A stretch of DNA of 64,000 nucleotides from assembly GCA_964057225.1 (NCBI GenBank), contig OZ059895.1:15066001-15130000 (forward strand). The letters are read 5' to 3'. Made by a program: the position numbers and the translations under genes. Under the pieces are notes generated by a model. That model saw only the letters and a program-made list of their open reading frames with translations, did no database searches and was not told the DNA's origin. Positions 35,447 through 47,332 of this stretch are shown here, piece by piece (within the stretch, counting starts at the first letter, position 1; the number at the start of each line of letters is the position of its first letter). Source of the stretch: Auanema rhodensis. Its lineage: Eukaryota; Animalia; Nematoda.

Positions 35447-36060
35447 CTAGGATTTTGAGTATGGTCCGTACATACCATCTAAACGTAATCTGTATGGATC
35501 GTTATTCAATGTAGGATAAGGATATTGGCGCCCATAGCCTCCATATGCTCCTCCTAAAAAGGCGTTTCCACCCCCTCTGTAAAGCTCTGAATGACCTAAT
35601 CCATGATCAATGGTCATTACAGGTGGTAAGTCATTCATTCCTTAAATATGTTGAATGTATTGAATTCAAAAAAAAAACCCTTTTACCCCCATAAGGACGA
35701 TAACCGCCACGTCCAATCGTTGGCACACCACCTCCTATTTGACGAGGATATGCAGGTCCAGCTGAAGAAATAACATTAAAGCTTCTGATAGAATTTATGT
35801 TCATTTCAAACATTTATTGACGAAAATTGAAAATAAGCGAGGAAAATAAGAAAACTGACCATAATCAACATATCGAGGAACAAAGTAATCACCGAATCGT
35901 CCTACATACGCTGGTGCAACTCCTACAAAAGTAAACAACAATTATGTTTGATTAATTATCAAAAAAAATGGAATTTAAATAATGTAAACAAACCATATTG
36001 GCAATATACAGATGTAGCCAAAATTACCAAGGAAAATATAAGACGGCCAATATGATTCAT
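35447..36060 (-). CDS. Small secreted Gly/Tyr/Pro/Arg-rich protein (132 aa), reminiscent of NLP-29/caenacin-type peptides
   Basis: Exons 36060-35994, 35922-35860, 35761-35687 and 35640-35447 total 399 nt and stay in frame. Signal peptide MNHIGRLIFSLVILATSVYC-QY; mature part includes GRGGYRPYGG and GGAYGGYGRQYPYP. Confidence 0.8.
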
Positions 36061-39000
36061 AATTCTCGACGTTTCTGAATGAATTCAGGTCACCTTTCGT
36101 TTCCAGGAGGTTGTAGACAATCCGCATCTCGTTATTGTGGATATAGATAAACTTCAATGACATTCGTGATATTCTGATTTCTCATCTTAAATAATCTGTA
36201 AAAGAAGAAAATTCGTTCAATCTCTGTCTGTTTCCTTCTAATTCTCTTTATCTCTTCCCTCTAATTTTCTCTTTTGTCGCAACAATATCAAGAGAACATC
36301 ATGCAGGACGAATTCTTAATATACTATGCCTTATTTAGCATGAGGATATCAACAGAGACAAGAACATCAAATGCCTTTTGTTAATTCTATTTGGAAAAAA
36401 GTATTTAGAACATTTCGTACTTCAACAACGAGAGGCAGAATGGCTACAATGAATTTTCAAAAAGTTAGTGATGTACTAGTTAATCATTAAAATTAAAATT
36501 ATTAGATTTCTTTTTTTTTCTTCAGAAAAGGACAATTTATTTAACTTTATCGAAGTAAAATTTCTCTCTTTCAATGCAGATCTGCTAAGCTTTGCAAGCT
36601 AGAAGATTGAAGAAGCTATAATTACAAATAAATATATTTCTAACTTCTTGGCTGATTATAAACTATATAATTTGATTTGAATTTATCATTATGGAGCTTT
36701 CGACAAATTGACAATTTGCCAAACGTATTCAATATTTCGTCTCAAGAGATTATACTGATATTCATCATCATTATCAATGTTTTTCAAGAAATTTTCTATT
36801 TGTACTTGTGCTTTTATCTTATTCGTTTCGTCATCTTATATAGTAATGCTGATACAGAAAATCAAATTAACATTTCAAAGATCTTATATCGTGTATTCTC
36901 CATACCACTTACTCTCAATCCGTTTATATCTGTTACTTCAGCAAATGCTATACACAAGACTGACAACTAGCCACATCCATAGTCGAAACATACTGAAAAC
37001 CCCTTCGAACAAAATTCGAAATTCTTAGTTTTTACCTCAAATATCTACTTCCGACTTTGCATCCCACTTACTTGCTGTGAGCAAGCGGTCAGTGAACATG
37101 CTCTTTTGCTCACACCCCCTAGATATATACATACGTGCAAAAGACATGAAAAGGGCCTGAAGTTCTGAGTCTGCTGGCTGCTTGGCTGATCCTTCATCTA
37201 GTCGAGTCTCATCTCATCAGTTCGCAGTGAGCTATTTCGAGTATGCTTCTGTTCATTTTGCCTTCAACTTAGTTTTCCCATTACTGTTGTGAGCATTTAC
37301 TCGAAATAGTCGTCTTCACTTTTTTTCCTGAAATGTTTTTATAAAAGAAAAAGTTGCATAGTTCTAAGAAAACATTATCAAAATCATTCATAAAATGAAT
37401 TTCATAGAGCAAATTACAGTTTCGTTTTGAAAAAATTGACGCCTTACACTTGTTGCTCCAATGATGATATGCTAATTTCGTCCACGTTGTTTTCATTTTT
37501 CTGAAAGTTTACCGTGAAAACGGTTGTGTTTATACCAAATCTATCATTTTCATTTCAAATTTCTCTAATTCAAAATTGTTAAAATGGTTCTGTTGTTTAA
37601 GAAGCAGCGTGAGTTTGAAATGAAAATGACGCAAATTCAATTTTGCAGCCTCTTATCCGTTTCTTTATATATGAGTATTTGGAATAATGTGAGTGATATG
37701 CATTAGTTTATTCAATTTTATCTTCTCGTTTTTCCTTTTTTCAAACAAGTATAGATGAACTTAGCCAGGTATTTATTGAAGATTCAGGGTTTCAAAGTAT
37801 TTTCTCTTAAAAATCTGTTAATATCAGTCTTCTTTTCCGATTAATTTCGCATTTTCTTATGACGTCACTAAATAGCTAGCTGATATCTTGTTGTTATCTT
37901 TGTTTTAACCATTTTCTACAACTTAATTCAATTCATATTGATATATGGTGATTAATTAAGTGTATTATCATAATATAATTCATTAGATTTTGATATACAT
38001 CATGCTTCTCAATGAACCTATGAACTATTGAAAGCATTACTCAAATAAGGTTTCAATTCAATTTACTGTACCTTATAAATCTCATTTGCTTTGTCATTTC
38101 TTGAAGAGCAACATGCATTTCGTATTCTTCGATGTACTTTCAATGTTGTAACTCTCAGTCAAAATCTTTCAAATTTCAACTCTTTTTTTTTACTTTTTTT
38201 TCTTCTTTCACTTAGTTTGTTACTGCTGTTTGATGAAACAGTGTGTGTGTGTGTGTGAACAGTTCATTCACTACCCTCTCTGGTCTTCTCTACTTCCTCA
38301 ATCTTTGTCACTTTTGGTTGTTCTGTGCCCAAAAAGGCGGATAACTGATTGCATCTTGGACATCCATATGTATGCCTAAGTGAAAACCAACATTAGAGTC
38401 GTTTGACTTTTTGTCTTTTTTCTTCCCAAAAACTTTTTTCTTAGCGTCCTAATTCACGCCTCATTTCCTCCTTGTGATCTTCTTCATGTATTTGTAAGCA
38501 ATGAAGCTTTTCATCCAATTGCCCACAAATGCACTGAAACAAGGTTCATTTTGTCTTCAGTTGTTGGCTCTCAAATATACGTAATAGTTGCCAAAACAAA
38601 ACATTTTAAAATTCAAAAAAAGAAAGAAAAAAGAAATGTAATTAGACATGCAGTTTCATGGATGAAACTATGTCGTTTCCTCCTTTTTTCTTGTTATCCT
38701 CATTCAAAATGACTATTCACACATGCTCTGTGACTGAATAAAGTTCCAGATAGAAGTAATGTTCATGCTATTGCTTGTGACTCGAATTCCGAAAAAGGAC
38801 TAACGCCTACACTGCCGGTTATCCGTATATTCATTGAAATTACTATTCTAATTCATATATTTTCTGATGAAAATTGCCATTTCTGTCCATATTCGTAGCA
38901 AACAGAATCACTTCAGTGCAGCTTCCTTTCAAATCAAAAGTTTCATATCAAGAAGTTTGATTAACTTCTAATCCTTTTCTCTCTATAAATAGTTTCTGTA

Positions 39001-39106
39001 TCACATAGTTACCTGATATTGTATATATGCGTTGTCTTCATCAATTCTTCTTACTTCAGACTATTTTGACATTGGAGCAGATTAATTCGGTAGTCCAATT
39101 GTCACA

Positions 39107-39826
39107 ATGAATATAACGTTAATGAATGGAAGCTGTATGTATGAGGAAGAACATGCCATTGAGGGTATTGACTTCATTTTTAAGAATGAATCCTTTATCT
39201 TCACTGGATTCACGCTTCTCGCTATAATTGGTTTGTTTCACATCATCATTCCTAATTGAGATCAAGGAAAAGGAGTAAAGTAAAGACTGGGGAAAGAAAA
39301 AAAAAGAAAGAAAGAGAGAGGGAGAGAGAGAGAAAGAGAGAAAATAATACTTATACATATCTATTTCCATTTGCAGCAAATTCCTTTTTCCTTCTCGACG
39401 TTGCTAGAGCTTGTCTGCTGGAGCATGGTGATCTTAAAGTGAGTAGCAGTCTTAATTCGTCCATAGAAAATACATTTGAATTCAAATAATTAACAAAAGA
39501 ATTGAAAAGACACAACTTTTTTTTTTCGAAAAAAATACAACTAATTTCAACTTGTCTAAAGTTCAGTTTTTCTATCAAAAACGTTATCAATTAGTGACGG
39601 CAATTGAAAGGATGATGATCTTAAACCAATAATAATACATCTTCAAGCTTCAAAGAAGATTCTGTTTCTTTTGCGAAAGCTATTCAAATTTCCACGTGAG
39701 TCACGTGAATTGCCATTAGATTCATTTCTAATTCAGACGAGCGCACAAAGCGGTTGTGTTACCTGCAATCTATGAGCCTTATGCAATTTAAGAAGATATA
39801 TGTTTATAATATAATCTATAATAAAG

Positions 39827-39862
<36 letters not shown>

Positions 39863-41170
39863 TATCTATATGTATATAGCTAAGCATAATTCACTAAGAC
39901 TTGCAATTAGAATGGCTATAAGTATTGCAAAAACTATGAAATCTCTAGTTTGAGTCCAATTATTGTATGAAAAGTCATATGAAATTGATGCAAATGTTCA
40001 GAAAAAATTGAAATTATCATGCCAAACCTGCGAAATGAAACTTTTCCAGCGTTACATCTTTGGGGTAAATCGGTCGATTTTGGATTTACTGACTGCTATC
40101 ATGATCTACTTCTATATACATGAACGTGGATTATCTATATCATCATTTGGCAATCTATATCCACCGTATCATCATAATATCTACAGTATTCCTGTTCAGG
40201 TTTGAACTTGACTGATAGTTAAAGCTTTTGGATGTCTGATAATGATCACACTTAAGATTCTGATGACAATTAATGCATGGAATGTATCATTTGGCTATAT
40301 GTCACACTCTATTGTAACCATATTTGCAATACGTCAGCCACTTCTATATAAGGTTTTAATCAAGTTTAAAAGTCAGAAATAGTTGAAAGTTCTGTTGTGT
40401 TTCAGCAGTTACCGGCTCGAGTCTTCTTCCCGCTCTTTCAAGCATTTTGGCTCGTTTCAATCATTATATTTTGGGTTGTGTATACCAAAGAAATTGCTCT
40501 TCTTGATCATTCAACGGTGATAGATCGTGAACTTGGAGATATAACAAGGTTTATCAAAAACTTTTTAAAAAAATTCAAAAACTTGACTTTTCAGCCTACA
40601 ACCTTCCGGCTCTTTGGGCGGGTATTTCATTTTCGCTCATCATAGTCTACCCCAAGATGTGAGTTCACAAATTTAAATTTGAAACATCGGCTGACAATGA
40701 ATTATCGATTATTTTATTTTTATTTTTCCAGTTTCTTCCATGGATTAGCGATATCTGTCATGTTTTTGAAAATCCTGTTTCACAAGCTTATATCATGCTG
40801 GTAATTGGATTGGTCATTCTACCATTCTTACTTAGTTATTTCATTCATCTGAAGGTTGGCTTCTGCTCCTGCTCCTTCCCTCTCCCTTCCGTTTAAACTG
40901 AAACTTCAAATGCTCATTCAGGTAGTCTTGGAAGTTATAGCCAGCAATGGCACTTATCGACATGAGCATTATGGATTTATGATTCTTCGTCAGACAATTC
41001 ATGTATTGTTCTTCGGAATTTGCAGCATTCTCCAACTTTACGCATATTTCGGATTATTCACCTTTGCTGACAGCTGCGAACCTCAAGTAATTTGTTTTTT
41101 TTTCTCTGAAAAAACTTCAATCATTAAACAAACTTGAACATTCAATTTCAAGTTCAACCTATTCTAATCC

Positions 41171-41224
<54 letters not shown>

Positions 41225-41833
41225 CTGACTTTTGTTGTCAAAATTTGACGGAAAGACGGTGATCAAGCCATGATTACAGTAAATTGCTTCTTCAGAACAT
41301 TAAATAAAAGCCTATTAAACTTAATTTCCACTTGTTACGGAAATACAACAAACCTAAACAAAAAGTTTTTTTCTTCAGAATTGTCGTACACGTCTGATCT
41401 CATTTTGTTTCGTTGTCATCAATTTTATAGGAAGTTCTTGTTGGCTAGTCCGTATGTCAGTTGATCCAATCATTGATACCGTAAGATTTTAACAATTTTT
41501 TACAAAAAAATTAGTCTTTAAACGATCTCAGATGACACAAAAACAAATCTTTTCAGCTTTTTTACTTTATCATTCAACGAGAAGAAATATATGTTCGTAC
41601 ATGCGATTTAGCACTTCTGTATCCATCGGAGGTATGTATGAATGCTGTGGAATATGGTTTTTGATCAGAAGACAATTAATTTTAAAATAATTAGAGTGTG
41701 AAGAAGAAAAAGATAGAAAAGAGGAAGAAGATGACTAAATCCAAGAATTCAGACAATTTAACCAATTTTTCAGGAAAGCAAGCCATGTGTTGTGCAGCCA
41801 GTTTCACAATTATCATTGGATAATATATATTAA
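39107..41833 (+). CDS. Divergent rhodopsin-family 7TM receptor, possibly AEX-2-like
   Basis: Spliced ORF with N-terminal NIT/NGS sequons. TM1 FIFTGFTLLAIIANSFFLLDVA; TM2 YIFGVNRSILDLLTAIMIYFY; TM3 ending VTIFAIRQPLLYK; TM4 FWLVSIIIFWVVY; TM7 SCWLVRMSVDPIIDTLFYF. Stop at 41831-41833. Subfamily assignment is tentative. Confidence 0.72.
39830..39858. repeat. (TA)n microsatellite in a 7TM receptor intron
   Basis: Seen directly. Confidence 0.9.
41173..41220. repeat. (CT)n microsatellite
   Basis: Seen directly. Confidence 0.95.
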
Positions 41834-44800
41834 CTATATGTATAATTTCGTTTTAATTCTAATTTCAAGTTTAATTCCCTTTAGAAACAACTTGAAAACT
41901 TGTTTTTTTTTTCAAATAATAGCATGAGTTCCGCTCATTTTCGCGACAACTCACACACACCTAATCCGCTCATTGATCTGCTTATAAACGTGAAGTACAG
42001 TACTTTGATGTTGCTCATGTGAATGACGTCGTCGAAGTAGAATAATCTGAATCTTTGTAATTCAAGTTCATTAACCTCTTATGTGATAGTGAACCCCGAA
42101 CCATTTACACATTGTATTTGTGCGTGTTCATGAAAATGGATAGTGTGTATGAAGAATGATGGAAGAAGAATGGTGTGGATGGTGTGTGCAGCAGTGTTGG
42201 TGGCCATAAATGAATTTGAATGAATTTGATAGTTGATCGACAAAATCTGTAATGTCTTACACTTAATAAACATTTACAATCAACCATTTACACATTTAAA
42301 ACAATCTGTTCTTAAATTGGTTCATCAGCTATTCATCGTTGAATCTTGTCGTTAATGTGTTTCAATGAGACTACCTCTCCATTTCTCTCTCTCTCTCTCT
42401 CTTTTATTCTATTTTTCTTCAAAAATTATTCTTCGAACACCATATATACATGCAAGGCAAGGCTAGCAGACCGTATATAGAACGTAATGAACATGATAGC
42501 TGTAGGATAATTGTTCTTTTACAACACATACATGTATGAGAGATTGAGAGAGTAAAAGAGAGAGAGAGGGAGTAAGAGAGAGAGAGAGAAGGGAGGGGGT
42601 AGGTGGGAAGGGGGCATTGAATAAATGAACAAAACTATTTGGACTAAGTTAGAACAAAGCAATTAGCTTAAAACAATTTTCCATTTTTATAATCTTAAGA
42701 TCTATAATATCTGGATATGGAATGAATAAATAGTTTAACGAGAACTATATGTGTGCAATTAATATTCTCAGTTTCTCTCACTCACTCCCTCTCTCTCTGT
42801 AACCTCAGAGGTGAGAGAGAAAGATTTTGTAATTCCACTTAAGACTGTTTTCATTTATTCAACTTACTCTCACATAACCAATCTTAAATATTCATTTTTA
42901 CCGGAATTTTATTGCTATTTCTTAATGAAATTCGTTCATTCTCTCTCTCTCTCTTTTTCCAGCTCGTTATATGAAAAATAAAAGAAAATATTTTTAAATC
43001 AAGCAGACAATTTAAGTAAATTAGAGAAATTATTCAAACATATTGCCATATATGGAATATGTAATGGTTATAACAAGTCATACTAGAAAGATTTTTCATG
43101 AAACTTGTAACATGAACACAAGAGATACAACATCAAACTCAGTTTATACAGATAATTCGTTGAATTGCAATTATATGCTCAGCATTTAACCATTTTTATC
43201 ATAAAACATTATAATTCATAATAGACGATTGCATCACGTATCACAGCAGCTGATGAACTGATCATTTACGGGTTTATTTCCTCGGATAATTGAATGGAAC
43301 AGAGATGAATCAACTGATAATACTAACAAAGACAAAACGATGGTGAGAGAACAAGACATAAAGAAATAAAAATGATTGAGAGAGAATCATAGTAGACTAC
43401 AAAGAGTGAGAGTGAGAGAGAGAGAGATGAAAAGAGGTAATAGAGCCAATATGATATGCTACTCAGCAAGATGATTGCGGAGACGGTAGATAGTTGTAAA
43501 CGGTTGTTCGAGGACAACGGAAACCACACCTTTTGCCGGATATGTTTTCTTTTTAGTCTTTCCGATCTTTTAAGATATATAATATAAATAACTATTTTAT
43601 ATTATTATAAAGGGTCAAATTTAGTAGAAAATGAGATTAATTGCTATCCAATAATAACTGACAACTGTTACGTGTAAGACTATTTGTAGTTTTTTAACTA
43701 TTACAATTATTAATTTAATTAAGAAGATTTACACTGTCCATGAATAAACAATGAATAGTGTTATAGTATTTTATGCTAATGAAGTTTAACGTATGCCACG
43801 CACGTGGTGAGTTCCGTCATTTTTAAAGAAATTCAGCGTTCAAACGGTTGTGTTTAGTCAATTATCTAATCCTCCATATCACAAAAGTTTTTGTTTATTT
43901 TTATTTTTAAAATTTTAAAATTTCTGAGTTTATTACTGCATCTGTATAACTAAAATATTTTGTTTTAAAAAAAGTTGTAATATAAGAATAAAAACTTGAA
44001 ACAGCTTATGCAACATTATTAAAAATATCTCTTCTCATGGGAATCAGACTATCAATATAATCTATTTGTCTGTCGTTCGTAACGAGTAGTCTTCAGTTTC
44101 AACTTATAGTTGTTTCTTTTCAGCCGAATATGTCATTCATATGCATTTTTCTTCAATAAAAAACGAACAAAAATCATTTTTAACAAATTGTTTTATAGTT
44201 ATTGTATACAAAGAAGGATGACAATGATTTAGTGTTTGCTTATATATATATATATAACTGAGGAAAAGTTATTTTGCATAAGCTTTTCTCTCTCTCTCTC
44301 TCTCTCTGTCTCTCTCCCCCCCCCCCCCTCTCTCGTAACTTCAGAATGATTCATGTCGTCAAGAACAAGACAGTAACGAAGACCTGACCGTTGTTAGTAA
44401 TGATCTGCTAAAAATCAATTATACGTATATAGTATAAGCTATTATAGTATATTTAACTATATAGTTAACAGGGGAGGGGGAATTCTTTTGAAAAAAAAAA
44501 ACAACCAATTGACCTAATGGTTCTATAACCAGCTGTGAATAGTTAGAGTTAAAGACAAAAAGGTTTTTTTAGAAAGAGAAACAGTGAGGGAGAGAGAGAG
44601 AGAGAGAGAGGATAGAAGATCTTATAGATGAGATAAAGAAGATTAAAATAATTTCCCTTTATTATCACTAAAGAGGCTCAGTAAAACAAATTAGTCAGAG
44701 AGGTAATATGGAGAGGATAAACGCACAGAAATGACAAAACGAATGGAATTGTCCTCAACTTGTCTAGCAGTATCTTCCTTTTTTCCTTCCGTTTTCCGAT

Positions 44801-45384
44801 CTTTATGGCCGTTCGTCTTGCGTTTTGATGCTCCCGCATGCATCCCTTTATGGCTACAACTTGATGATGACGAGAACGAGGAGGATGCACATACGCACAT
44901 CATCTTATCCTCTTTGCCCCTAACTTCTTCGGGCCTTTGCTACGCCCTCCATATCCTTTTATCTCTCCCTCTTTCTCTCTCTCTATCTATCTTGCTCTCT
45001 CGCCCTGTCTCATTCTCTCCCTCTCTCATACACACATCTATGATTGCACGCTGGTTGGCTAGTCGTACACCCGGAGGCGTGGCCAATTACCGTAATCGTG
45101 TTCTTCATCAACTCTCTGTGTTTCTCTTTAACTCTCTTACACATCGTGTTACTAGCACTTAAACGATGGGCGGAGCTTAAATCCCTATTATTCTGTCCTC
45201 ATCTGTTCTCTCTTAATTCCATACAAGACTAACTTGTAGAACAGACGAGCCGACCGTCTGAGTGATATCAACCAGCTCTACATATTCCTTATCCGTATTC
45301 AGATTCTCATCATCATCATCATCGTCTACATCTTATCTGACTTGAATTACTGCTTTTCATTCAATTTCATCACAATTCAGAGAA

Positions 45385-45818
45385 ATGGCATTTCATATTG
45401 ATTCCTTAATTGGTGATCAGGTAACAGTTTTGATTAATTCGAATAATATTATAACTTGCTTTAAAACTTTCCAACTTTCCAACTTATAAACTTTTCTAAA
45501 TATTTCCACTTTATCAACTTGGCCACTATTTCTGGAATCTATTTCAAGCTTTAGATTAAGGCTTAATGCTGTTAAAAGCATTATTTCTTTTATTATAAAT
45601 ATAAAATAAATTCTACATATTGTGCTTAAAGCTTAACTTTATGCTAATTACCAGCATAATATTTGAATTATATTCAGTTCTTATGATTCTAATTGCTGAT
45701 TAAAGAGAGACAGATGACACAGTCCCGATGTAAATCTAACTCAAGTACTTCTAAAGCATGTCTGTCAAGAAGTAAAGTTTTTGACTTCATTCAGTCATCT
45801 ATACATCCTTCTCTCTCT

Positions 45819-45853
<35 letters not shown>

Positions 45854-47266
45854 GCTTCACATAACCTTCAAACCATATTCTAAAGTCTTTTCTCTTAATC
45901 CTCTTCATCATCCTAATCCTCTGTCTTTTATTTCAGTTATCCACCTCATCGTCATCTTCAACATCTTCCTCAGCATCAGATTCTGCCAGCCCATCATCAC
46001 CAACAGCTACGGCAGCTGGCCCACCAACGTCTAGTCCGATCTCAAGTGCTCCAAGCTTGAAGGACGATGAACCGTATTCTAATGATCGTCTGTCAGCTAT
46101 GTCACGACATCATCCATATATGACTTCAGGTTCGTTTCTAGTTTCTTAGCATCAAATTATCAAAGGAAATGCTGTTTGCTAGTCAAAACTTCCGTCACAA
46201 ACTACCGTATACCACTTGGTGGCCGTGGGTGACGGCGGGGGGAGACACATTCTGATCAATCAGCTGCCACAGCGCATAGACTTCCATATACAGAAAAAAC
46301 TATGATAACTCGTGATAATTAGAGGAAATAAGGTTTTATACTATGCTCTAAGCTTAACGCTTACTATATTACATAGTATTCTTACTTCAAAAGCAATAGT
46401 TGTAGTATATCTTATCAAAATCAATGAAATGACTCGGGTTTATCATGTATATTTAGCTTTAAAACAATGATTCTTTCATAAAAACCTGTTCTTTCTCCAT
46501 GTATTCATTGCTTGATTTGGTAATGTATGAGCCAATTCGTGAGATTCAGTATATTTCATGTCATATTGACACGTGGCAAAATGACAAATGAATCTTGTAA
46601 GATGCTTTTGAGCAGCTAAACATCTCAATAATTATCTTCAATAAGAGCTTGATGACTGAATGAGTGACAGAACTAGATTTATTCAAAATTTTCTTTCTTT
46701 TTCTATGAAAATCTTATAATTCACACCATTCGTGATTATCCATTGAATAGCATTCTGATGTTAGCTTGTCTGCTGAGGCCGTTAGTCAACTAGTCAGTCA
46801 GTCAGTCAGTCAGTCAGTCAGTTGAACAGACAGCTACATTCAGCTTTTTTTGGCTTCATTATCATGCATCTAAACGATTAATCACTTTGAAAATGAACGA
46901 AATCTTCAAATTCAGGAATGAATAAAGTCTGAAAAGCCATGATTCCTTGTGTTTTTCCAGCTACAACCCCCTCTCTCTCTTAAATAAAACTTGACTCATT
47001 AAACTTCCGATGAAGATTCTTCATAGAATCAGAAATTTTCCATTTTTTTCAATTTTCTACTAAAACATCGATCAGCTAGTTAATATAAAAAAAAATTTAT
47101 TTGGGTTACAAATTTTCTCACTACAGCAGTAGCGGTATGCCTTTCTTCTTTTTTTCGTTAAAAGTAGCTGAGAGTCTGTCAGGGTGTGAGTGATCGTAAA
47201 CGATCGTAACACTTTATGACGACTATATAAACATGTTCTTTTACTTATAACATCTCTTTTCAATTC

Positions 47267-47332
<66 letters not shown>

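Noticed and set aside
35975-36163. 62-aa ORF as the start of the secreted peptide gene
   Set aside because: Wrong frame; the signal peptide starts at 36060 after an ATTCAG acceptor.
42079-42287. His/Thr-rich minus-strand ORFs
   Set aside because: No recognisable domain or consistent exon structure.
43239-43260. TATCACAGCAGCTGATGAACTG, miR-2-like seed
   Set aside because: The flanks cannot form a precursor hairpin.
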